Positions 28,401 to 40,100 of a stretch of 64,000 nt of DNA are shown here, in pieces; positions within the stretch are counted from its first letter, which is position 1; each line of letters starts with the position of its first letter. Origin of the DNA: Nageia nagi (Eukaryota > Plantae > Pinophyta); the NCBI GenBank assembly GCA_050084985.1, contig JBITNC010000001.1:24614001-24678000 (forward strand), given 5' to 3'. The position numbers were made by a program, and so were the translations under genes. A model generated the notes under the pieces. That model did no database searches. It was not told the origin of the DNA and worked only from the letters and a program-made list of their open reading frames with translations.

Positions 28401-31400
28401 TAATGAATTCATCATCATTGAAACCTAGAAGAAGACAATTGTATAATATCTTCAATAGGATGATGGGTTGTTTGAGAGTTGGATGTGTCATAGACTCTTC
28501 AATGCTTCTATGTGCATAAGCACCTCGGACATTGAAGTCATGAACAGCTTGATGATGAATAACAAGGTGACAAACGTTGGAGAAGTGGTTGAGAAGGAAT
28601 AATGGTATGGATATTGAAGAAATATGTGACTGTACAACCCTCAATGTCAGCCCTAGCAATATTTGCAAAGATGTCATTGATGAATACCATGCCATAGATG
28701 GTGGAATCACAAGCATGTTTGTTTCTCTATTCTAATGAAAGCTTACAAAACAAGTGAAATTATTGAATCTTTGTATGTTGATTTTTTTGAAACATTTTCC
28801 TGGAAGGCTTTATGCCATACTATGATGGGTCCAATTCCTTTTTGTTGTGCCCGCACAATACACCCGTAAATTTGACAATTTTGGGGACCCTTTTTCGGCC
28901 AGAGCAAAGAAGAAGTTGCCTTAGAAGCACGAGATGAAAGATTTTCAAGAGAAAACAGATGTTGGAAGGAAAAAATGATAAATTCATGCCAAAACTACCC
29001 CAGGGAGTTAAAATGCCAATATACATCGTCCAGGGATTTTCCAATTGAAACGAAGGTTCTAGGCCAAATCAAGATACCAAAAAGCAAAAATAGCTAAGAT
29101 GCACCTAAACAGGGTCTCAAAAGGTGAAAAATGCTAAATCAAGGTGTTAAAAGAGGCTAATGACCAAATCAAGGTACAAATGGCCTAAGTGCATCAAATG
29201 GAGATGTTAAAAATGCCAAAGTGTGGAAAAGGAGTGAAAAACCCTTGTGTGCATCAAATTAGGGTCTTAAAACCTCAAAATGATCAAAAGGAGCTAAAAT
29301 GGCATGAGCGCACCATTTTTGGGTCTTAAAATTCATAAGAAGGCAAACATGTGTGAAATTACCTTGGAGAGACCATGTTAAGGGATCAAAAAATCAAAAT
29401 TTTAGCAACTTAATGTCCCAAAAGCTCCCCAAGACCTATGTGCACCCCCAGGAAGGCTTAAAAATGTCAAATAAAGGTTAAAAGGGCTCAAAAATGCAAA
29501 AGAAAGGAGGTCGCACCATTCCAAGGCCTTAAAAATTGTAATGGGATGAAATTATGCACCCAATGAAGAGTAAATCACACAAAAAGCCCATTCGCATCAT
29601 TTCAAGATCTTAAAATTTGTAAGAGGGCAAAGAGGTGCGAAATTACCTTTGAAAGGTGATTTTGAGGGGTCAAAAAATCTTTTTTTTAATGTCTTAAGGT
29701 CCCAAAAGACTCCCAAGACCCATGCACAACCCCTAGGGGGCTTAAAAGGAGCAAAAGAAGGTTAAAATGGCTCAAAAATGCACAAGAAGGTAGGTTGCAT
29801 CATTTCAAGGCCTTAAAACTCTTAAGAGGCCAAAATGATGTGCCCAAGGAGGAATAAGAAGCTCAAAAATGCCATTCCCACCAAAATGGAGGCTTAAATA
29901 TCTTAAGAGGGCAATGAGGTGCGAAATTCTCCTAGAGAGGCCATCTTGAGAAGTCAAAAAATCAAATTTTTAATATCTTAAGACCTCAAAAGCCCCCCAA
30001 GACATGTGCCCACCCCAAGGAGGACTTAAGAAAGGCAAACGAGGGTTAAAAAGGCTCAAAAAACACTCCAAGAAGGAAGTTGCATCATTTAAAGGTCTTA
30101 GAAACTTTAAGATACCAAAATGATGTGCTCAAGGTGGTCCAAAAAGGCTAAAATTCTCATGTGCGTCATTTTTAGGCCTTAAAACTTGTAAAGGAGTGAA
30201 ACCATGCACTCAAGTAACTTAAAATTGGCATATTCGCCTACACGCACATCAAAAGGGAGTTAAAATTGCAAATTTGAGCTGACACATGCACAAATCAAGC
30301 ATAAAAAAAGGTATAAAAGGGACCAACACTTCATTTCCACATCACACCTCTCCTACTTTTCCTTGTGCGCACCATTTTGAAAGCTTAAGAGTTTTAAGAC
30401 TCCAAATCCATGTGCAAGCCTCCCAGATTACCCAACTTGCAAGTTTAAGAGGTCAAAAGGGTCCAAATTGCCCATTCACACCATTTGAAGGGCTTAAAGA
30501 TTTTAAGACCTCGTTTTCATGCGCCTAGTCCTATTTTCCCATGTTGTGCTAGATAAAGCCAATTTTTCACCCAATAGGTGCATGCCAATTGTCTAACCAA
30601 GGTTTGAAAGGGTATAAAGAAGTTTAGACCTTCATGATTGCATAAACACTCACATCTTTCTTCCTTGATTGCATGTCACAAGGTCCTTACAAATCTTAAG
30701 AGTCCAAATCCATATGCACATCTTCTAGGGCATCCATTTTGCAAGATTGAAAAACCAAAAGGGTGAGAAACACCCATTCGCATCATTTCAAGCCCTTAAG
30801 CAGTTTAAAGCCTTATTTCCATGCGCTTGAGTCAAATTGTCCATTTCACATCAAAGTTCAAACTAAGTCTATCTTCCACCCAAGTGCATGCATCCTATTC
30901 CTAGCCATCCTCCATCATCCCATTCCACCATTTTCAAGTCCAAACATCCACCTCAAGCCTATTTTTGCTAATATTTGTCTTTTGTAACAAGTATCATTTC
31001 ATTTGTAGGTTCAAGATGGTAGAGACAAATTCCAAAATGAAAGGAAAGTAGATTGAGTAAGAGGATGAGAAGATGGTGACGACTGAAGTTGTTTCATCAA
31101 GCAAAGTTGGCAATAAAAAGAAGTTCAATTTTGATCTAGTGACGTTAATCAGACCTCTACATGAAGATCCAAAACAGAGGATGAGGGACAAATCTACACC
31201 AGATAGATATTTGGATACATTCATCTTCAAGCATAACAACATTGTATCTTTCACCAAAATTTCTTTGAACAAGGATCCCAAGGAACCCTAAGATTTTAAG
31301 GCTCATACTCAAAAGATGGAGATAGGCAAGATCAAGTCAACTGGCGCAAAACGAATTGATGAATTCAACAAGATTGTTAAGGAATTGGAAGAGCATATGA

Positions 31401-34072
31401 AGGAGAATCTTGAGGATGAAACGTTCACTCTCTAAAGAAGGGATCACACTTCCCAAGGCACATATATCAAGACATGGCCAGAAATTTTTATTAATTGTTT
31501 TAAAACAACATTTTTATTTTTATTAAGTATATTATTTGAGGAAAAGTTTTTGCTCCTCACATATTAAAATGTAATTTGACTTTAATTTCACTACATTTCA
31601 TTTTCATTAGGGTTTGGGCTAAGGCAACACCTAAAACAGGGTTTGTGCCTAGCGAAAAACTACAAGTACCCCTTTGAGCATCATTTATAGAGGAAGTAGA
31701 ATAGTTAGAGCTAGGAGGAGCACGCTTGTGAAGAGCAATGCCAATAAATTATTTGTCATTTTTTGGGACATGTGTTGGAATTATTCTTATGCATGGTGTA
31801 ACTTAAGCTTTTGTGAATAGTTATTTTGAAAACCTAGAGTTTTAGAGAAAGCTGACTGAATATCTTTTGATGTGTTTTAAGTTATTCTTCTTTCATATTT
31901 TGCAATCAAAATGTACGTACTCTAAACATGTTTCTTTCTTATGTCGTTTAGAAGTTTCTTTCATTCAAACTTGGCCTTTTCATTTTATCCATCTTCTTCC
32001 GCCATTAAGCTATCTTCAGAAGCTCGAAACACATTGTACTTATCTTTCTACAATTTGAATGGTGTTGTTTGTATTTAGACTTGACTGATTGAATGGAAGA
32101 CGTTAAGAAACCCGAGAAAGATTAACGCTTTATACAATGTTACACTTGTGACAATACTTTCTTGTTTTTTCGGAAAATAGCTCTTTGTTTTGTTCTCCAT
32201 TTTATTTTCTTTGTTTCATTTTTTTTTTGTTTTCCTTTTTTTTGATAACTCAATTTCCCTTTTTACATTTGCTGCACCTTAAATCTTGACAAGAACTTGG
32301 GCCTCAAAGAGTCTTGTTGGGATGCTTTGCTTTCCCACGGCGACCCTTTGAAGATCACGTGTAGGACTTAAAAGCTACCCAACCAAATAGTTGGGAATGC
32401 GTTACCAATTCCCTTGGTTGAAACGGACTATGTACCTCCAAGGCTCTTGTAGAAACACCTACTCAACTACTCAAAGTTCTGTCGTTGAAGGTATGCTTGC
32501 CAAGCAAAATTTCATGCTTGGGCAAATGTTTCTGGTCTAGGGATAGATGAAAGAAAGTGCGATATCCCTCTTTGAAATCAACCTCAATGGAATGGAATGA
32601 GAAATAGTAGCCTGTTAACTAACGATGTTTTATTTGATGTATAGAGTTTATTTGTAACACTTGTGTGTGGATTTAAGGATTGTATTTGGGTTTGAAAGCA
32701 TAAATAAAGCATAAAGGAAATACAGTAAAAGTGAGAGACTTCACTTGTGAAACGGAAATGGATACTTGGTCAGATACCAAACAAGTCACCACGATGTAGT
32801 ATTGTCTAAAAAGTTCATCCTTTTCGGATCAGTTTAGGGATTTTGTCCAATTCATCCAGCTTTGCAAAAAAACAACTATGTTTGAGTTGTTCCAAAGAGG
32901 AGCGGGTAGGAATGCCAATTGCAAGCAATCAAATGGATGTGGTGGAAAAACGTGGGAAGAACATGATTTTGGATGTAAACCTCTAGTTTGATGTCATAAA
33001 ACAGGAAACAGATTCAGAATACCTCATCTAGTGCGTGTTATGAACCAAGCAACTATCAAAGATTGATTTCCAACACTTTAGAAAAATAAAGCAATGATAC
33101 TTTCCCTAAAACTCGGGAGTTTTCAAAGGAAGGATGCGAAAGTGTCAAACAAACGATGATAATTCTTAAGAAACAATTCACAACACCACAAATGGCTAAA
33201 CAAGCTCGACCTTTAACTTAACCACTTTGTATTACCTTATAAAAGAGTTGTGCAAGGATACATCAACTTGCTCCTCTTTTACAAAAGTTTCACTTTTTTC
33301 ACAAAATGAGCTCTCTTGAAAATGAGACCCCATATCTCATACTTATAAGTTTTAGGAACCCTAAAAGTGACTTTTGAAACCCTAAAAGTGAGTTTCAAAA
33401 CCCTAATCTCTAATTGCGAAATTAAAAGCTAATTACAAGCTAATTGAAAATGCTAATTCATATTACAATTCAACTTAGTGGAAATCCACTAAGTTGGCCA
33501 AATATTTGGCTTACATATCAAAAACGTCCAAAATAGCCCCTTTCTATTCTCGTGGTGGTGAGAAGATGGCCTGCACATTTGTCGTGATTCTAACTTCAAA
33601 ATCATCTCCCATGAACACTTCTACATTCTGGATGGCTCAGTAGATATTCTGGAGGACTCTATTTGGTAGCAAATGCTCTAAGATGGCCTTATTGGTTTTA
33701 ACCATTTCCTTGCATCATGCGGCAAGTCTAACTCCTCCTTTCATCCATTTTCAAGTCTTCAATATTCTATGCAACCAACGATATGTCGTTCCTGTTTAAT
33801 TGAACAATACAAAGTTAGAAGAGTACTAACAAGCTTTTGGCACTTTTTAAGCAAACAAGGAGTTTTTGGAAAATTTGGGTTTTTAGATTTTACTCTAAGT
33901 GTGCTATCATTGAAAATGCCAAAATTTGCAAGGTTCAAGGCTTTTTGAGTGAGTCTGAGATAACACAAAGGTAACTGACTCAAAGGAAAATGCTTTGGCA
34001 AGAATTTGGAACTTTTGGAGAATTTTCAAATTTTGGCTCAAAAAGTTGATTTTTTCAACAGAAAAAAGCGTG

Positions 34073-34124
<52 letters not shown>

Positions 34125-37100
34125 TTTTTTGCTGAAATTAAAGGTTCATCACAAGGATAAAAGGTATCCATAAAAGTGATCAAACTTGAAATCTGGAAAA
34201 AAGTTTTTCAAGTATTTGAGGGTTTGAAAAATGGGTTTTGGTGTGAAAATCCTTAAAAACTTGAAAAAAGGAGTTCATGTGGGATGGAGGATGTTTGGAT
34301 TTCAAATTTCAATGGAGTTTGGGTGAATGGAAATGGTGTTAAGTGTTCAAATCATGCTCCAAGGGTGAAAATGGACTTCTTCCTCACTTCAACTCTCCAA
34401 TTCTCAAAAAAATTGGCAGCATAAGGGTGCAAAATGGGAGTAGTGAGTGAAATGGAGGGGGTGAGAGTGTATTTATAGGCTTAGGGGCTCAAAAGGTGCC
34501 ACATGTCAACACCATATCAACCCTAGGGCAAAATCTTGCATTTTGCGCTTTTTCTCTTCATGCCCAACATTGGGAAAGTGGCCAAACATGGGAAATATTG
34601 CAAAACTCCTGCCTAACTTTTTGGGAGGCAAATCTTGAGTTTTTTGCAATCTTGAAAGAGGCAATATTGATTCTCCTTTGAATTTACCATGCTACCTTTC
34701 TCTCCAATTTTGATTTTGAGAATTTTGAAAAACTTGAAAAAATTTTGGAGCTCTCTCATTGGCTGATCAAATTTTGTGATTTTGAGAGAGTAGATCCACT
34801 TTTTTTTCAAAAACTTGAAACATAAAAGTTGTGCAAAATTGAATTTCCCATACTCCTAAGATCAAAAATTTTGAATTTTGAGCAAAAATGAGCCCTCCCA
34901 AGCTAGGCACAGGTTTTGAGACATTTAGGCCTTTTAGGAAGCTTGAGAATTTAAAGGAAATCATGTAAAACTGCCGCCTAGAAAAAGGAGGGGCAAAAAT
35001 TGATTTTTTTGTAATTTTTCAAGAGACAATGTTGCTCACATGGGGATTTGCTACCCTACCTCATTCTTATTTTTTGATTTGGTCAACTTTGAAAATATTT
35101 ATTCCTCTTTCTATATTTATTCTCTTAATGCTTTAAAATATCTAAAGATACTTTAAACATTAAGTGAATTTATATTAAAGAGAAATATTACACAATATTA
35201 CATTACTATTTCCAACATGACCCAAGACCCAGTCGCATGCATTCCAGACAATGCTTAAGCACTCATTCAGAACTGTGCGCCCAGGGTTTACAAGCTGAAA
35301 TTGGCTAAGTGTGAGACGCCAGGAGTTGAGAAGAGAAGGAGACAAGTGGCAGGTATGCACCCTGCCATACATTCACCTTCCATGCATCTCATATAAAAGG
35401 ACAGCTTTTATCCAGTGTGTTGGACATCCTACAGCCCAGACTTGCACGTTTGGCACTTTCCTGTTGGACGTCCTACAGCCCAGACCTGCACATTTGGCCC
35501 TTTTTTGCTAGACGTCCTACAACCCAAACCTGCACGTTTAGCCCTTTCCTGTTGCATCCTTCACAGCATCCAAACTTGTCCTTAAATTCCCCTAGGGCAT
35601 TTTCAGACATTCTTGCATGGCTTCCAAAGTTAGACCACCTCCATCAAGAGTTAAGAAGTTTCAAGGATAGTTGTTCGAGAGACATGTGACTAAGAACCAG
35701 ATGGCCCAGTTTTCGAAAGAGAGCCTGATTAAGTTTCAAGAGAGAGAAAGAGCAGAACTCCTTGAGGCCAAATTTAAGGGGAGATACTTCTTTGTTGGTG
35801 ATACAAACTACGGAAATCTGGACCCCATCCAAACTTTAGCCTCCATTGCCTCCATCAAAAAGGAGGACTTATCAGAGGAACTTATTCACACCTATGGATT
35901 GTTCAACGCCACTATGATGCCTTTCGCAGTGCCTTTTTTCTAACTTGTGCTATGAGGTAACCAGGAGATGTGAATACGACAAGAGTCCTACTGGACACGA
36001 AGGGAAATGTAATTATGGACTTCACCCCTGATGGAATTGAAGCAACCTTTTGCTCGAAAAGATATAGGGACAACTACACATTGGCATATTCTGAGGAATT
36101 CCATGATTCCACAGCCTGGCCTGGGGACTACATTTGACCATGGCTACTTGAAGATTACTAGAACCTTCAACGCCAGAGGTTGATCAACGCACACAGAGAG
36201 GAGTTCTTGCCTGTCGTGGCCAAGCTGATCATTCTTTTGTCCAAAGTCACTGGTTAGGAAAAAAATGCTAAGTATAGGAAAGAGTTTACAGGCTTCATTG
36301 CAGCCATTAGCTTAAGGAGAGCTATCCGATGGAGTGGGGTGATCAATGATGCCCTACGCCACTACATGAACTCCTATCTTGTGTACCTATTGTTGCATGG
36401 CATGGTCAAATCCAAGGAACTTGCCGATGAAAGATACTTGGGATAGAAAGGCATTCCCGTGTGGTGGGTTTATCCAAAGTGGTGGTACCAAAACAAGTTC
36501 CAACATTTCTGTGAGAGATGATTGCTGGGAGTACGATATCTATAAAGATATCAAAGGGGAGTCCGTAGTGAAGAGGATTTATGATGCAACCATCCTAGCC
36601 ATTGGTGTACACGCAGATTTCTTCCTACAGGATACTGACCATACATTCATCAGATTCTATGGCTCCGAAGAGCAACCCCCGCTCCTACCAAGATATGCCA
36701 ATGATAGGCTCATCCTCATGGAGTTTGCTAGGTAGCTCTTGTTCTTGAAAGAGAAAGTCTGGAAGAAAAAGAATGCAACCATTAACTTGTCTATCTCAAT
36801 TGCAAGATATGTGTGTCAGACATGGGTTGAAGTTGCCAGTATGAAGGAGCTGCAGTAGTATGTCTTCTTCAGGGAGGCTGCAGCAAGGAACTATGATCCT
36901 AGAGATGTGATTAAACATTTCTACAGCACTGTGTTCCACAAGCCTATCGCTTTTCAACATAAGTCTTTGGGGAATGTGGAGAAGTACCAAAACGTGCAAG
37001 ATGAAGAGGCGATTGCGAAGATAGATGCTCTCCTGAGCAAGAAGAAGGCTCCCCTCCAGGCATACAAACCACCTCAAAAACCCCAAACTACCAGGTCTAA

Positions 37101-40100
37101 ATCTAAAGAGCTCCCACTTAGTATCATATCATACCCTCCTATTCGTGTTGCACCCCTTCCTATTAAGGCACCCTTGCTTCCCGTTGGAAAGAGGCAAGAG
37201 GCTCTATTCCAGGCCCTAGCAAGCACAGCGTACTAATGGTTGATCTCAAAGAAGTTGGCTATCGCGTTATCCCCTTAGATGTACTGGATGAGGCTAGCGC
37301 CAGTGATTTGCCCACAGAAGAGGTCCCTTCCAGACTCACATGTTCTCCTGGATATAGGGAGAAAGTCCTCCCATTGCAACCAAGTTCTAGTTCAAGTTTC
37401 GAACACTCTACTTCCTCTTACGACAAAGAGACTGATGAAGAGCCCGATCGTATAGCAAAAAACTCCGAAGAAGTGTCAAAGTCGTGGTCAAACAAAAGAA
37501 GAAGAGGAAGATGATGATGATGGTGATGCTAGTGTTGGCGAGCAATTCCCCGAGCACAAAGATGTAGTTTTAGGTGCCTTTGCACCTGATGAAACAGAGA
37601 TCGAGAATCTCCAAGAAGACGACAAGATTGTGGACGTTGGAACTTATGATGATGATGAGATCTAAGTTGTCGGAGTAAAGTGTGCTAGAGAGGTGGGTGC
37701 CTCCAAACCCTCTCCTATCGAGCATAGAATAGGGTCCCCCTCTTCTTCACAGAAACCCTCTACGAAGAGAACCAACCATTAAAGGTCCCCCTAGCCACGG
37801 AACAAAGGCATATCTATAGGTGGCAATGGAGGAGATGAAGAGGATGAAGGGGAGACTGAAGAGCAGAAGAAGAAGACAAGACAGGAAGAGCACTAGGGTA
37901 AGGAGATTACCCTTGTTCAAACTACTCCGACGAAAGAGGTCAGGAAGATTAATAAAGGACAATTGTTGGTACAGAGGCTTCCTCCCCAACCAACAACCGA
38001 GCATCCAAATCCTGACTTGGATGCCTGCCTTAGAGCCCTCAACATGAGTACGACTCGTGACGAAGACATAGACCAGGATCTACGCTTTGAAGATGAGGAA
38101 GAGGAGCTTTCAGATGGTGAGAAGATTTGAAGGGTTGATACATTTGTCTCTACCTCCTGACAGGAAATCTCCATCAGCCATTGCTATTCAAAGGAGAAAC
38201 ATCCTCAAAGAGCAGAAGACTGTGTGATCAAGACATTTAAGATGCCCATGAAACTAGGATTGAAAGCCCGCAAGCATATAGTCACTCAGAACGCTGCAAT
38301 CATGGAGTAGGAGGGCTATGAAGCCAAAAAGGAGGTGAAGAGGTTGAAAAGGGAACTCACTGCCAGCAGAAAGATCATCAAAGAGTTCCAAGAGGTCAGC
38401 ACCAGCCCCCTTGATATGAAGAAGCAAACCTCCTTCCACGAGGGATGAGAGTTGATGAAGGAGCAGCTGAAGAAAGAAATGATGGAGGCTATTGAAAGAT
38501 TGTCTTCCCAAATCTATAAGCTCCTTGCTGAAGGTGTGGAAATCAAGGTCCTTAAGACACAAATCTCAAACTTTTAAGTGCCACTTGCATCATTTTATGT
38601 GAACAATCAGATTTTTTATCGGTATGTGTGATGCGTGTGTGCACACCATATCAGATTTGATGCCCTTATGGCAACACTTATAGTGGCCTATTTATATGTG
38701 ATGTCCCAAAAATAAATATTTTTGTAAATGTCTCCTTCACTTAATTATAAAAGTGAAAAAAGAGGTTCATGTGACTAGGAGACATAACTTGAGTTGTGTT
38801 TATTTATGTTTTATGTTTTTATGTTGTAATAAGGCACTTTAAGTGATTTTAGGGTTGGGAGATGTCAACTCCAAATTAGAACCTCATCATATAAAAGGAA
38901 GTGAACATCCCATTTTGAGCATGTTATGTTGATATTAGAATTGAATATTGAAACCCTAGAGTTTCCATGAGTTGAGATTGCAGGTCTTGCTCATTCCCAT
39001 AGTGCATTGTGTTGTGCCCGCACAACACACCAAAATACAAGATTTTGGGGACCCTACTTTTCGCAAAGGCAATGAGGTACATTGCCTTGATATTGGCTTT
39101 TGGCGACGAATAGTTCATTCTGAAGAGGGCAAACATGATATCAGAGAGCGATTCAAGGAGATCTTGCAACAAAGACCCTGAAGAGTATCAGAGTATCTAG
39201 TCACCAAATTTTGCAGCCAAGGAGCCAAGATCTAAGGGAGAGTGTTAGAACACAAATTTTTGGTCTAAAGTGCAGTTAGTGGAGATGGGGTCGTTTTTGC
39301 ACCGTTTGAACTCACAAGTGCCAAGTGTGACGAAAATGAGCATTTTTCTCAAGTTTAGGCCCGAGAGCAATGGATGTAGCTAAGATGACAAAAATAAGCG
39401 TTTTTGTCAAGTATGAGCCCAGAAAGCTCAAAAATGGTCATTATCACAAAAAGGCGCATTTTGGTTGATTTTGAGCCCGGAACAGTAAAGATGTGTGTTT
39501 TCACACCATTTGAGCCCAAAAAGCTTCAAAATGGTCAAAAATGCAAAGTTGAGCTCAAAATGGCTGAAATGCCAAAAATGATCATTTTTTCACACTTAAG
39601 GCCCAGAAATGCTGAAAATGGGCAAAAATGGATACTTTAAGCTCGGAAATCATGAAAAATGATGAGTTTGAGCTCGGAAAGGCGAAAATGGTCATTTTTG
39701 CATCGTTTGAGTTCAGAAATCATTGAAAAAATAGATTTTGAGCTCGAAGGTGCCGAAAGAGGCATTTTGGTCGAGTTTGACCTCGGAAACACCGAGAATG
39801 GCCGGAAATGCACATATTGAGTCCAAAATGGGTTAGAAATGAGAGTTTGAGTACCCCTAGTCCCAAGCATGTTTTCCCAAGGTATTGAAGACCCAAATGA
39901 GGGAAAATGGTGCATGTTTTTCAAAGATAAATGCAAATGGTGTCGGATTTCAAGTCCAAGAGCAGCATTGGAGAGAGAAGGTGAATTCTATCGTAATTAG
40001 GACTTAAAATTTTTTATTTTGACCAAGTCTAAGGCATTTAAATCCTAGGCACAGGTTTGCAAGGTTACGGGAAAACCATAGAGATGATTTTTGGCGCCTA

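Noticed and set aside
32331-32350. ttcccacggcgacc as an LTR end plus PBS
   Set aside because: The region is better explained as the interior of the inverted LTR that begins at 32315, and it lacks the TGG of a PBS.
35418-35578. 44-bp repeats as a CRISPR-like array
   Set aside because: The units are head-to-tail with no unique spacers, there are no cas genes, and the context is a eukaryotic TE.
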